From: a virus
Lineage: Duplodnaviria > Heunggongvirae > Uroviricota > Caudoviricetes
IMG/VR virus record: IMGVR_UViG_3300026966_000012
Strand: one strand, 5' to 3'
DNA length: 64,000 nt
Shown here: positions 35,915-45,669 of the stretch, piece by piece
How the letters are laid out: the number at the start of each line of letters is the position of its first letter
How positions within the stretch are numbered: position 1 is the stretch's first letter
The notes under the pieces: model-generated
The model's database searches: none
Told to the model about the DNA's origin: nothing
The model's input: only the letters and a program-made list of their open reading frames with translations
Position numbers and translations under genes: made by a program

Positions 35915-36877
35915 ATGCCCACCCAGTTAGCAGTTGAAGCGGACAGCAAGAACCACTGGGCGCTCCTGTGCCTCGCGCTCTACCAGGAGGAGCACGCGGC
36001 GGGAGCTACCACACGTGAGTTGTACGAAACGGCCGATGGCGTCTTCGACAACGCACAGCGCCTCTCCGGCGCGTTCCACTCCCTGTACAACAAGCGCCGC
36101 CTCCTCGAGCGTGAAGACGACCTGAGTCATCCGAGGGCGTACCGCTACTATCTGAACGAAAGCGGATGGTCGATGCTCAAGCACATCGGAAGCCCGACGC
36201 GAACGCCCGGCGGTGATCGTGTTCGGAGTATCGACATCCCTGACAAACCACCGGCTGTCAAAGCGCCAAGTGAGTACAAGCAGGTCGAGATCACCGACGA
36301 TGCTGACGAAGCAGGTCAGGACCCTGGCCCGTTCGAGTCCGCCAAGTCACGGCGCCGGTACTTTGCCCAACAGGACGAGAGTGAGTATCTCGACTGGCTG
36401 GAGAACAAGTGGGCGCCGAACCACCGCCTGACTGACGAGCAGTCTGGGATGACGGGGGAGGAGGTCGACGAGATGATCGAGCTGAACCGTCGAGCGGAGG
36501 CGAACGGCGAGGTTCGGTTCGAAGGCCACGATGAGATGATGGAGCAGGTGTTCGGCGATGATGACGACGAGGAGGAGTCGGTGGAGACGATCGATCTCTC
36601 ACCCGACTGGGACTGGCTTGGGACGCAACTCGTCAAGCTCGGATTCGTCGGTCTCGCACGGGATGCGTTCGAGGCGAAGCTCTCGCCGCGCATCGTCTAC
36701 AACGACGTTCTCGACACGATTCAGGAACACGCTGGTGATCCAGATGCCGACCTGGACCTGGAGACCGGCGCAGGTGGTGCGACCATGGTTGAGGCACCGG
36801 CCGACCCGGAGCAGGTGTCCCGGTTCAAGCAGGCACTCGGCATCGACAACACGGACTCCGACACAGCCACCGCCTAA
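35915..36877 (+). CDS. protein with N-terminal winged-helix (MarR/PadR-like) fold
   Basis: N-terminal 90 aa HTH-like; TATA aaaactatatactc upstream. Confidence 0.5.
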   Translation: MPTQLAVEADSKNHWALLCLALYQEEHAAGATTRELYETADGVFDNAQRLSGAFHSLYNKRRLLEREDDLSHPRAYRYYLNESGWSMLKHIGSPTRTPGGDRVRSIDIPDKPPAVKAPSEYKQVEITDDADEAGQDPGPFESAKSRRRYFAQQDESEYLDWLENKWAPNHRLTDEQSGMTGEEVDEMIELNRRAEANGEVRFEGHDEMMEQVFGDDDDEEESVETIDLSPDWDWLGTQLVKLGFVGLARDAFEAKLSPRIVYNDVLDTIQEHAGDPDADLDLETGAGGATMVEAPADPEQVSRFKQALGIDNTDSDTATA

Positions 36878-36986
36878 AAAACACCTACCACCAGCAACGC
36901 CCGTTTGGAGCACGGCGGTTCAACTCCGCCGGCGGGCCTGCGCTCCCCACCAGCGCGTTAGAAAACCGTGGGACGGAGTACAAGAA

Positions 36987-37238
36987 ATGACCGCAGATAC
37001 CCAGTCTACCAGCACCGGGTCTACCGAGAACCGGGAGCTGATGAGAGTGGACGTGCTCGCTGAGGACGGGCACCTCCACGAGTTTCGCAATGTCGTCGAT
37101 GCGCACGAGCGTGGCGACGGCGTCCAAGTAACGTATCTCGACGACGGTGAGGAAATCGTCGAAACCGTGGGCGAGATGGGTGGGCGCATCGTGTGCGCAC
37201 TCATACCGGCCAGGTACGGGGGACAGAGCGATGATTGA
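36987..37238 (+). CDS. hypothetical protein
   Basis: Internal ATG (index 143) of track ORF 36558..37238; GGACGGAG box before the ATG. Confidence 0.45.
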   Translation: MTADTQSTSTGSTENRELMRVDVLAEDGHLHEFRNVVDAHERGDGVQVTYLDDGEEIVETVGEMGGRIVCALIPARYGGQSDD

Positions 37239-37488
37239 CCCGGTCCACCTGGTGGTCCTCGACGGTGAGTGTGACGTGTTCGAGGACGGCTACGGGATTC
37301 AGCCGGCGCACCGCGTCGCCGTGACCGACTATTACGGTGACTTCGAGTTCCCTGGCTCGGAGGTGTATTCAACGGCCATCAAAGCGCACGGCGCCAACGG
37401 GATCGTCTACATCCGAGAGTCTGATATCAACTACATCGTCGACCTGTCTGACGACGAGTTCCGACCCGTCGGCGAGGAGAGTGCGTGA
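37231..37488 (+). CDS. hypothetical protein
   Basis: Internal ATG of track ORF 37147..37488. Confidence 0.45.
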   Translation: MIDPVHLVVLDGECDVFEDGYGIQPAHRVAVTDYYGDFEFPGSEVYSTAIKAHGANGIVYIRESDINYIVDLSDDEFRPVGEESA

Positions 37489-38009
37489 CCATGACTGATG
37501 ACTTTGTCCCTGTCCGCCGCGAGGTCGCCGAGCTTGCCGCCCAGGAGCTGTTCGAACAGGCGGAGTACACAGACGTCCCAGAACAATCGGACCGCCGTGA
37601 GCGGCTGCTGGAGGCCGCAGAATCGATCACAGTATCAGTCAATGGCGACCACGATGGGAAGCTCAGTCACCCGGACAGAGAGACGTGCGTCCGAGAGGAG
37701 GTGTTTCTCGAGGAAGACCCAACTGACGAGTACCTGGACGAGGCCGGGTGGAACGTCGTCTACAACTGTCCGATGTGTGGCCGGCGTTACGAATACTTCT
37801 ACGGGTTCGAGGGCATCTACGACACGGAGACGAAGCGGTACATTACGTCAGAGTCGTTCGACCCCTCGTGGGAGTGGGACGAAGAAGACGGGTACCACGA
37901 TGGACAGTGTTTCTCAATCCCCGCCACCGACGACGCCCGGTACGAACGGGTGTACATCATGGATGGGCTGTACGACCCACTCGATCACGAACAGATCTGG
38001 AGTGCCTGA
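37485..38009 (+). CDS. zinc-finger protein
   Basis: CPMCGRRYEY. Confidence 0.5.
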   Translation: MTMTDDFVPVRREVAELAAQELFEQAEYTDVPEQSDRRERLLEAAESITVSVNGDHDGKLSHPDRETCVREEVFLEEDPTDEYLDEAGWNVVYNCPMCGRRYEYFYGFEGIYDTETKRYITSESFDPSWEWDEEDGYHDGQCFSIPATDDARYERVYIMDGLYDPLDHEQIWSA

Positions 38010-38695
38010 TGGCGGTTACGACACAGGTCCCGACAACACTCGCCGACTGGTACCACCAGCACGACTACGGCGCCGTGCAGGACCGGCTCGCCACTGTCCG
38101 AGACGTCACGCTCGACGGTGAGATCGAGCAGGCGGCCGAGAACATCCGGCGAGCTTACCACTTCGCCGTCCTCTCGATTCGGACGGTCAAAGACATCCAC
38201 GAGCATGCGTTCGACCTATGGATGGACGGCACTGCGCTTGAGGACGCAGTACGCATCGCCGGCGTCAACTTTTACCGGAACAAAGTCGGTTGGATTCGAC
38301 AGACTGAGGAGTCGGTTCACTGGAAGGGGCTTGTTCGGAGTGTTCGAGAACACGTCGCCCGTGACGAGCTCGGCTCACTCATGGACCTGAACGAACGACT
38401 GTCCGGTGTCCACTACGCGAAGTGGGGCTTCACACTCGCACTGTCCGGTGTGTGGGAAGTGATCTGTATCGATAGCAACGTCAAGAATCACTACGGGATC
38501 GACGGGCGACTCGATCTTCGGTCGAACGATGGGATCGACACCTACCGTGAGATGATCGACCGTGTGGTGCGCGACGTGCCCGGCGACGTCCCGCCGTTTG
38601 TCGCGCAGTGGGTGGTGTACGATTACCAGCGCGGTGAACACGCCACGCACGACCCGTACTTCGAATCGGCCTACCCGTTCGCGGAGGGTGTCTGA
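38009..38695 (+). CDS. hypothetical protein
   Basis: Internal ATG (index 87) of track ORF 37748..38695. Confidence 0.5.
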   Translation: MAVTTQVPTTLADWYHQHDYGAVQDRLATVRDVTLDGEIEQAAENIRRAYHFAVLSIRTVKDIHEHAFDLWMDGTALEDAVRIAGVNFYRNKVGWIRQTEESVHWKGLVRSVREHVARDELGSLMDLNERLSGVHYAKWGFTLALSGVWEVICIDSNVKNHYGIDGRLDLRSNDGIDTYREMIDRVVRDVPGDVPPFVAQWVVYDYQRGEHATHDPYFESAYPFAEGV

Positions 38696-39696
38696 TGGAC
38701 ATCGACGAGATCTACGAGCAAGAGATTGACGCTCGCGAAGACATCGTCGAGGCGTGTCCCATCGACATCTACGTCGCGTCGATCAACCCCTACTGGGCAT
38801 ACCCGAACAAGCTGATGTCGTACTACGAGACGCGGCCCGGCGTTCGTGATTCGTGTCGCCAGGTGATCGTCGACTCTGGGAAGACGCGTATCGGTAACAT
38901 GAGCGAGATCATCCAGGCGGCTATCGACATGGATGCTGACCAGGTGATACCGCCGGACCCGACGCCATACACAGACGGGTACGACGAGCTCACGCCCCAC
39001 GGCCACGCCGAGGAACAGGCACAGCACTACTGGGAGTGGTATCGAGAAGACGTCGACGGGACGATTTTGCTCCCGATCCACCCGCCGTATCAGCGGTTTA
39101 TTGAGGAGCTCGGTCGGTGGGACCCTGGGCACATACTCGGGTACGAGGACGACCCGTACTTCGACTACCCGAGTACGCCTGAAGCTGAAGAACGCTACCT
39201 CGCCGGTGTCGAGCACTACTCGCTCACGTACGACCTGATCGGTGCCGCCGATGGCGTTGCGGTCGGGAGCCTCCTGGGCCTCGACGTCTTCGAGCAGATC
39301 ACGGCACTCAAGCAAGTACGAGAGGCGGTCGGGCCGTACAAACACGTCCACGCACTTTCGCCGACCCCTCGGCCCGAGATGCTGCTGTTTCTCCGGCGAA
39401 ACCCTGGGATTATCGACTCACTCGACCTGTCGACGCCCGAGACGGCGCCGGCTGGGAACAAGCTTCCCGACCTGCGGTTCTATCCGCAGATGAAGTACCT
39501 GTTCCCACCAGCCCATGCGAACATCAGCCCCGTCAGAGGTGCAGCGTCGACGATGATCGCGCTCATGCTCAACTTCTGGCTGAGTGAGTGGGTCAAAGAG
39601 GAGGAGTTGATGGAGATGCTCGAGGAGCACTACGACTGGGTCGAGCGTGAGCAGACCGCCCAGACCGGCCTGGAGGCGTTCGGACATGGCGACTAA
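38695..39696 (+). CDS. TGT/DpdA-like protein, degenerate paralog
   Basis: VIVDSGKTRIG (degenerate DSGG box); C-terminal half aligns with the 39686 ORF. Confidence 0.4.
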   Translation: MDIDEIYEQEIDAREDIVEACPIDIYVASINPYWAYPNKLMSYYETRPGVRDSCRQVIVDSGKTRIGNMSEIIQAAIDMDADQVIPPDPTPYTDGYDELTPHGHAEEQAQHYWEWYREDVDGTILLPIHPPYQRFIEELGRWDPGHILGYEDDPYFDYPSTPEAEERYLAGVEHYSLTYDLIGAADGVAVGSLLGLDVFEQITALKQVREAVGPYKHVHALSPTPRPEMLLFLRRNPGIIDSLDLSTPETAPAGNKLPDLRFYPQMKYLFPPAHANISPVRGAASTMIALMLNFWLSEWVKEEELMEMLEEHYDWVEREQTAQTGLEAFGHGD

Positions 39697-40915
39697 CCTC
39701 GTCGACGACGGTCATCGTCCCACGCCGGAACGAGACACGTTCCGTCACGTCTGGGCGAGAGAACGCGGGCCCTGGGTCGTCCTTGAGCGCATCAAAGGGA
39801 CGCGAATGGAGAGCGGTGAGATCGTCGCTGAGTGCGATGACTACCTGGAGGCACTCGCGTTCGCTGTCGATTCCGAGACAGAGGACTGGGTTATCACGGA
39901 GATCGCTGGTCAGTGCTGCAACTGTGGACAGCTGGTTGTCGTCGACGAGCTCGCTGAGGAGCCGACGTGTCCACACTGCAACGACGTCCTCTGGCTGGCC
40001 GCCGAGCAGCGACGGTTGGCCGAGTTTGCCCGCGACCGGCTGGCGTTCGATATGTACTGGGGTGTTGCCTCTGGCGCACAGCGGAAAGCGATCCGTGTCC
40101 TTGCGCACGGATTCGACCATCGCGAGCCAGACAATCTCAACATCATGCTGAACTACGCGACGCAGAATAATCAGCTCCTGACCGAGAAGGGACTGGAGCT
40201 CATGACGAACGTCGAGACCCTGTTTATCGACTCTGGCGGCTACTCGTTCTTCGAGCGAGAGGGTGGATACGACACTTCAGACTGCGAGTACCTGCGATAC
40301 ATCGCCCGCGTGCAACCTGATTACTTCGCACTCAGGGATTACCCGTGTGAGCCTGACATCCTGGATGCACGCGACACGACCGTCCAATACCACCAGCAAC
40401 GGACGACAGAGAAAGCCCAGATCCTGCTCGATATGCTTGATGACTTTGCGATCACGGCCACACCAGTTGCGGTCGTGCAGGGGTGGTCGCCCGATGATTA
40501 TCGGTCACACCTCCGGCAACTCTATCGCGCTGGTGTCCTCGACGAGGTGGAGCACATCGGCATTGGGACCCTCTGTGGTCGCGAAGACGTTGCCCAGATC
40601 GCGACCATCGTCGAGGCCGTCAGAAAGAGTGTTGGACCGGACTTCAAAATACACGGGTTCGGTGTCAAGCGAGAGGCGTTAGAACGCCCGGACGTCGTCG
40701 AGTCACTCGACTCGGCCGACACACTCGCGTACAGCATGAAGCCGATGTACGATTCAATCGCTACTGGTGGTATGGTCGCGAACACGTGGAAACACGAAGC
40801 GCGAGGGTTCCTGGATTACTATGCCACGATCCACGAGTCGCTCAGACGAATCGAGCACGGGGAAGCCGACGAAGATATAGTCGCCCAACAGACGCTTGCA
40901 TCATATGGTGACTGA
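39686..40915 (+). CDS. tRNA-guanine transglycosylase (TGT)/DpdA-like protein with an N-terminal zinc ribbon
   Basis: FIDSGGYSFFE matches the TGT substrate-binding box DSGG[FY]Q; CCNCGQ...CPHC. Confidence 0.5.
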   Translation: MATNLVDDGHRPTPERDTFRHVWARERGPWVVLERIKGTRMESGEIVAECDDYLEALAFAVDSETEDWVITEIAGQCCNCGQLVVVDELAEEPTCPHCNDVLWLAAEQRRLAEFARDRLAFDMYWGVASGAQRKAIRVLAHGFDHREPDNLNIMLNYATQNNQLLTEKGLELMTNVETLFIDSGGYSFFEREGGYDTSDCEYLRYIARVQPDYFALRDYPCEPDILDARDTTVQYHQQRTTEKAQILLDMLDDFAITATPVAVVQGWSPDDYRSHLRQLYRAGVLDEVEHIGIGTLCGREDVAQIATIVEAVRKSVGPDFKIHGFGVKREALERPDVVESLDSADTLAYSMKPMYDSIATGGMVANTWKHEARGFLDYYATIHESLRRIEHGEADEDIVAQQTLASYGD

Positions 40916-41046
40916 AAGAAAGAGTTCTATTGGCACACAGTCTTGCGATTAGAACAGGTAAGAAAACAGAAACATATTTTACCTCCTACTGCATACATAG
41001 ATTACCCACCGGGCACAGGGCCTGGTGGCGTGGAACGGAGTTACTG

Positions 41047-42099
41047 ATGGAAGACGGACCAGATACGCATGACGTCCCCGGGCACGACCGGGCGACAGGC
41101 ATCGACGACCCCGTACCGGACCGCGAGTATGGGGACCAGGACCACCGGCCTGAGGACGAGGTCGATCCCGCCGAAGACGACCGCTACACGATGGAGGACG
41201 AGTACGCGGTGGATGAGGTCGGCGGATATGGTTCCAGCAAACACTACGGCACGTACTGTGCGTTCGACTTCGCACAGGCGGCGGAACAGGCTCAGGATGA
41301 GCACCCCGCTCTCGACCTGGGCCTCGTCCATGTGACTCACCTGGAAACGGGAGAGACGCAGCATGTAGAGCTCGAGCCCACGGGACAGGACCCAGACGGA
41401 ACGGTCGACGTGGCCACGGACACGGTTGAGCTCGAAGGCGAGATCGGAACGCTCGAGCCCGACGTTGACGAGGAGGAGATGGAGAGAGTCAACGACTCAC
41501 TCGAGGACTGGATAACGACACTGGAGCTGAACGCGTTCCTCGAGACCTACGACTACCTGTGGGCCGAGTATCCGGTCGACGATGGGGAGGACGTTGTCTA
41601 CGTCGTTCCGGATGCAGAACGGTCGTTCACGAACAAGGAGGAGCTCGCATACTTCATCCACCAGCTCGAACAGTACCCGAAGCAGGTGAGCGTCAGGGCA
41701 CAGGTGCAGTGTCGCTTTGACCTGATGCTGGCGTCGCCGGATAGCGACCCGGAAACAGCCGCGAATGATCAGGTCGCATCGGCAATCGAATCAGTGGGCG
41801 TCACAGTTGACGGCGTGAACGTGATCGACGTCGAAGATGTCCCCAAGTATCCTGAGAGTGAGCAGGCCGACGTGGAAGACCCGATCCCAGACATCGGCGA
41901 CACTATTCGATTCATCCTCCCCGGAGATGGTGTCGAACGCGATGGTGTTGTCAAAACGGTTCGCGGGTTCGACGGCGATATCGAGATCGAGGTGGAAACC
42001 GCGGACAAGAACAATCAGACGTACGTCTCTCCAGAGCACATCACGAGTGTCCAGCCAGCTGATGATGCTGACACGCCCGATCACGAGGTGTTCAACTGA
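41047..42099 (+). CDS. hypothetical highly acidic protein
   Basis: ATG after a hairpin + CGTGGAACGGAG box; upstream part of the track ORF looks non-coding. Confidence 0.45.
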   Translation: MEDGPDTHDVPGHDRATGIDDPVPDREYGDQDHRPEDEVDPAEDDRYTMEDEYAVDEVGGYGSSKHYGTYCAFDFAQAAEQAQDEHPALDLGLVHVTHLETGETQHVELEPTGQDPDGTVDVATDTVELEGEIGTLEPDVDEEEMERVNDSLEDWITTLELNAFLETYDYLWAEYPVDDGEDVVYVVPDAERSFTNKEELAYFIHQLEQYPKQVSVRAQVQCRFDLMLASPDSDPETAANDQVASAIESVGVTVDGVNVIDVEDVPKYPESEQADVEDPIPDIGDTIRFILPGDGVERDGVVKTVRGFDGDIEIEVETADKNNQTYVSPEHITSVQPADDADTPDHEVFN

Positions 42100-42470
42100 T
42101 GTTCAACCCAGTTTCATGGGTTCGACGGTTGGTGTCGGGGTCTCCAGACCCTGACCCCTCCCCTGTGGAGGCCGACATCGAGCCTCCGGAGACTGTGGCG
42201 CGCGATGTAGCACTCTACCCGGACATCGACGACATGATCGAGTTCGCTGAACGCCGCGGTCGGGTGCTCCGATACGATGATGCAGAGACGGTGGTTGTCA
42301 AGCTCGACGAGACACAGTCGATGACGCCGGTTGCTGTCGAACAGATCGACTGCATCGTTGCTGGTGGTAGTCCGCACCTCCCCGACCATGATGTGTTCGG
42401 GACGGAGACGCCTGACCACCCAGTGTTCGAAGCCGACGAGGACCTTCCGGACCACGAGGTGTTCGCCTGA
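42099..42470 (+). CDS. hypothetical protein
   Basis: 123 aa; PDHEVF repeats. Confidence 0.45.
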   Translation: MFNPVSWVRRLVSGSPDPDPSPVEADIEPPETVARDVALYPDIDDMIEFAERRGRVLRYDDAETVVVKLDETQSMTPVAVEQIDCIVAGGSPHLPDHDVFGTETPDHPVFEADEDLPDHEVFA

Positions 42471-42652
42471 TGGCCGACAGAGGGCCGTGGGCGATCGTAG
42501 AACTGTCTGTCGGGGATCGAGCTGACCAGTTCTACAACGATGAGGGGGAGTTGCTGACGGTATCTCTCCCTGTCTACGGTGTGTTCGACGACGAGGAACT
42601 GGCGGAGGACAATGTCGAGGAGAACCAGACGGTGATCGAGGTGTTCCCGTGA
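42470..42652 (+). CDS. hypothetical protein
   Basis: 60 aa. Confidence 0.4.
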   Translation: MADRGPWAIVELSVGDRADQFYNDEGELLTVSLPVYGVFDDEELAEDNVEENQTVIEVFP

Positions 42653-42966
42653 TCCTCGATGACAGGTTCCTGGAGGGGCTGTACTACGACGCCCAATACG
42701 GCGACATCGTTCGTCTCGACAGGGACGAGAAAGCAGGCGTTGTTATCATCCTCAGTCCGGACAGAGAGGAGCTCGACCGTGTCGACCCAGTCGACTTCGA
42801 CGAGGGAGACATGTACCCAGTCCCGGAACTGGCTGTCGACGACCCAGCGACGTTCATGGCCAACGTCTACGAAGACGCGCTCGAGGTCGACGCACTCGAT
42901 GTTCGAGAGTGGGCCGGGTACATGTACGCCAGCGATCGCACAACACTCGTCGAGGTTGAGCCATGA
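42649..42966 (+). CDS. hypothetical protein
   Basis: 105 aa. Confidence 0.45.
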   Translation: MILDDRFLEGLYYDAQYGDIVRLDRDEKAGVVIILSPDREELDRVDPVDFDEGDMYPVPELAVDDPATFMANVYEDALEVDALDVREWAGYMYASDRTTLVEVEP

Positions 42967-43226
42967 CGGTCGTCGATGTCGTCATCTCGTTCGCAACCTC
43001 GGCGAAAGTCGAGATAGGCGATTACGACAGGGAGACCGCCTTCGGCGATGACTTCCCATGGAAGGAGTTCGACGAGGCACTGGTCGAGTATCTCGACTCA
43101 CTCTCCGAGGACGAGCTTCGTGAGCTCTATCGAGAGCCAGAGGCGATCGCCATGGACGATCCGATCTTCGGCGGCTTCGGTGACGCAGCGGCGGACGTCG
43201 AGATGGAGGTGAACGATGGCGCCTGA
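42963..43226 (+). CDS. hypothetical protein
   Basis: 87 aa. Confidence 0.45.
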   Translation: MTVVDVVISFATSAKVEIGDYDRETAFGDDFPWKEFDEALVEYLDSLSEDELRELYREPEAIAMDDPIFGGFGDAAADVEMEVNDGA

Positions 43227-43365
43227 ACGGTACGCCTCGTACATCGAGTTCGAGGATGATGTCGACCAGGCGTTCAAGGACCTGGTACAGGAGACGCTGG
43301 AGCAGTCAGCGTTTATCGAGACGCACTGGGTCGGTGAGCATCTCGCAGTTGAGGAGGTTGAGTGA
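43216..43365 (+). CDS. small hypothetical protein (49 aa)
   Basis: Untracked. Confidence 0.3.
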   Translation: MAPERYASYIEFEDDVDQAFKDLVQETLEQSAFIETHWVGEHLAVEEVE

Positions 43366-43682
43366 TGTCGGGTGTCGAGTTCAGTGGAGAGACCGCTCGC
43401 ATCGACGACACGGCTGACCACGACGAGACGGTCGATCACGTTCCAGACAACATGGCCGCTCACTTCGCGGGTGCCTATGAAAAGGGCGCGCTCGCGAGGC
43501 GACGCGGCGAAGACCAGTCAGCGAACCCGTACATCGCACGGTACAACCCAGACTCGGCGATGGGGGGTGAGTGGGGTCATGTCTGGTCGAACGCCTGGCG
43601 ACTCGGCTGGGAGAACGAACGCCGTGAACAAGAGGGAGAATCGATCCTGAGCTACCGGAAAGCCTGGAAGATGGGGCGATAA
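43365..43682 (+). CDS. hypothetical protein
   Basis: Track ORF 43362..43682 with the ATG at 43365. Confidence 0.45.
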   Translation: MSGVEFSGETARIDDTADHDETVDHVPDNMAAHFAGAYEKGALARRRGEDQSANPYIARYNPDSAMGGEWGHVWSNAWRLGWENERREQEGESILSYRKAWKMGR

Positions 43683-43882
43683 TGGCGACCGCTGACGAGA
43701 CGACACAGGAGACCCTCTCACCCATACCACCAGCAGCCCGGTGTGTGAACTACGCCGACTGTGGCAACGAGACGCCTGGTGGCGAGGATGCTGGGAACAT
43801 GATGTGCGATGCGTGTCTCGACGCTGCACGTGCTGGTGGGACAGGACACGACCTGGCGACGCCCGACGAAGACGACGCATAG
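43682..43882 (+). CDS. zinc-binding protein
   Basis: CVNYADCG...CDAC. Confidence 0.45.
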   Translation: MATADETTQETLSPIPPAARCVNYADCGNETPGGEDAGNMMCDACLDAARAGGTGHDLATPDEDDA

Positions 43883-43980
43883 TACGTAGACTATCTGAAT
43901 CGAATCGAATTGAAGGAATCAACCATGCCATAACTGAACGGCAAACTGAACCGAAGTGACGTAGCAAGAGACTGAGATAG

Positions 43981-44418
43981 ATGGCACAACACACACGGCC
44001 ATACCCGTACGCAGAATCGCTCAAGAACACCCAGCTGATGGCGTTGTACGACCGAGGACCGTTGTTCTCGGATGAGCTCCCCAACGGAGCCCGTTTTACA
44101 CCGCGCTCTCGCCCGTATGTCGGGTCGGTACAACCGACGTGGGGGAGTGGCAAGTCAGTCTGGTATCTCTGGGGAGACGAACGGCAAGCGATCCGCCGAT
44201 TCGTTAAGACGTACGAGGATGAAGTACGGGACGCTATGGTTAGCAAGAACAGCGCACTCTGTGCTCGACTGGACGACGCTCTCTGGCGGATGCTTTGCGA
44301 GGAGTTCTACTGGGGCGTTGCCACAGACGAGGAACAGAAAGAAATTGGTGCACGACAGCGGCGGGTCCGATCGCAAGCCACACAGAACGAGATCGACGCG
44401 GAGGCACAGGATGTCTGA
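43981..44418 (+). CDS. hypothetical protein
   Basis: 145 aa. Confidence 0.5.
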   Translation: MAQHTRPYPYAESLKNTQLMALYDRGPLFSDELPNGARFTPRSRPYVGSVQPTWGSGKSVWYLWGDERQAIRRFVKTYEDEVRDAMVSKNSALCARLDDALWRMLCEEFYWGVATDEEQKEIGARQRRVRSQATQNEIDAEAQDV

Positions 44419-44854
44419 AGACGACGGCTCTACTGACGCCGATACTGACGTCGACGAAATGGGGCTGGACCCTGACAACGAAATCGTGTACTTCGAGCGA
44501 CGACAGGAGGACGAAAGCGAGTTCCCTGATACGTATCGCGACGCGCAGATACGAGAACTCGCAAACTCTCGGGAGACGCTGGCGATCGAGTTGACGCTTC
44601 GCCAACTTCAGGGGTGGGCGGATACACTCGGAGCGAAACTCTCCGAACAGCGGCGTCGGGTTGGAGAAGATCTCGCGGCCGTCGACGAGGTGTACATCCT
44701 CTACCGGACGAGAGATGGAATCAAAGTCGACGCGAAGGGTGTCGCGTTCACACTCAGAGCGGCGAAAGAGGCACAAATGGAGCTGAGATCTGATCTCGAC
44801 GAACCGTGGTGTGAGGAAATAGAGCTCGAAACACTCCCGTTTTTCACGGGCTAA
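44411..44854 (+). CDS. hypothetical protein
   Basis: Internal ATG (index 113) of track ORF 44072..44854. Confidence 0.45.
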   Translation: MSEDDGSTDADTDVDEMGLDPDNEIVYFERRQEDESEFPDTYRDAQIRELANSRETLAIELTLRQLQGWADTLGAKLSEQRRRVGEDLAAVDEVYILYRTRDGIKVDAKGVAFTLRAAKEAQMELRSDLDEPWCEEIELETLPFFTG

Positions 44855-45012
44855 CTACGCGCCCTCACACGCACTCTAACGGAATCCGATGCCCGGCCCA
44901 TACTGGTCCTTACTATACGGATACAACAGATACAACGCCTATACAGCACCTTCTGAGCGATCATTATGTTTAGATAATAGGGTTTTTATCCCATACCGCC
45001 ATACTAACGGAG

Positions 45013-45669
45013 ATGACACTGGTGGCCGAGTTCAGTGTGACGACGCCGATTCTGGAAGATACTCGCTTGTCGTTCCCACATATATCACTCGAGATGGTGA
45101 GTCTCTATCTCACAGAGGACGGTCAGGTAAAGTTAGTGCTATGGGTTGAAGGAGATGGTGAGGAGGAGTTTTTTATGGAAATGCAGCACGATATGACAGT
45201 GGATGACGTGGAGGTGTTGGCACACCTCGATGATGACTCCCGAATCCTGTGCTCGGTGGTACTGACTGAAGAAGCGTCAAAGATGACGTCATACTCACAG
45301 GTAGTCGAATCGGATGTCGTTTGGATCAGTGTGGTCATGCAGGGAGACAGGGGCCGATGGTTGGTTCGGATACACGACAGAGACCGTCTGAGCCGATTCG
45401 TTCGAGGGATACGAGACGAGAATAATGAATCGATTCAACTGGTGAGTCTGTACGACGATGCCGAGATGAAACGTGGTGAGCGAGGACGGGTAGAGGTTTC
45501 TGTGCCCCAGTTAGATGCGCTGTCTACCGCGTACGAGATGGGGTACTTCGACAATCCACGACGAGCATCACTCGATCAGGTGGGTGATCAGCTGGGGATC
45601 TCGTCTGGAGCTGTGAGTGGACGGATCAGACGGGCTGTGAGAACATTGGTTCGAGAGACCGTAGAGTAG
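45013..45669 (+). CDS. HTH_10 (Bat/bacterio-opsin-activator type) transcriptional regulator
   Basis: C-terminal QLDALSTAYEMGYFDNPRRASLDQVGDQLGISSGAVSGRIRRAVRTLV is the haloarchaeal HTH_10 signature; lower GC3 than neighbours. Confidence 0.65.
   Translation: MTLVAEFSVTTPILEDTRLSFPHISLEMVSLYLTEDGQVKLVLWVEGDGEEEFFMEMQHDMTVDDVEVLAHLDDDSRILCSVVLTEEASKMTSYSQVVESDVVWISVVMQGDRGRWLVRIHDRDRLSRFVRGIRDENNESIQLVSLYDDAEMKRGERGRVEVSVPQLDALSTAYEMGYFDNPRRASLDQVGDQLGISSGAVSGRIRRAVRTLVRETVE

Noticed and set aside
19575-42361. Interpreting the GCTGGTGG core of the dispersed motif as a functional RecBCD Chi site
   Set aside because: Archaea lack RecBCD. The conserved unit is longer (TACCACCAG plus flanks) and identity to the Chi octamer holds only for the copies with C after CCACCAG, so it is most likely coincidental; noted only as an analogy.
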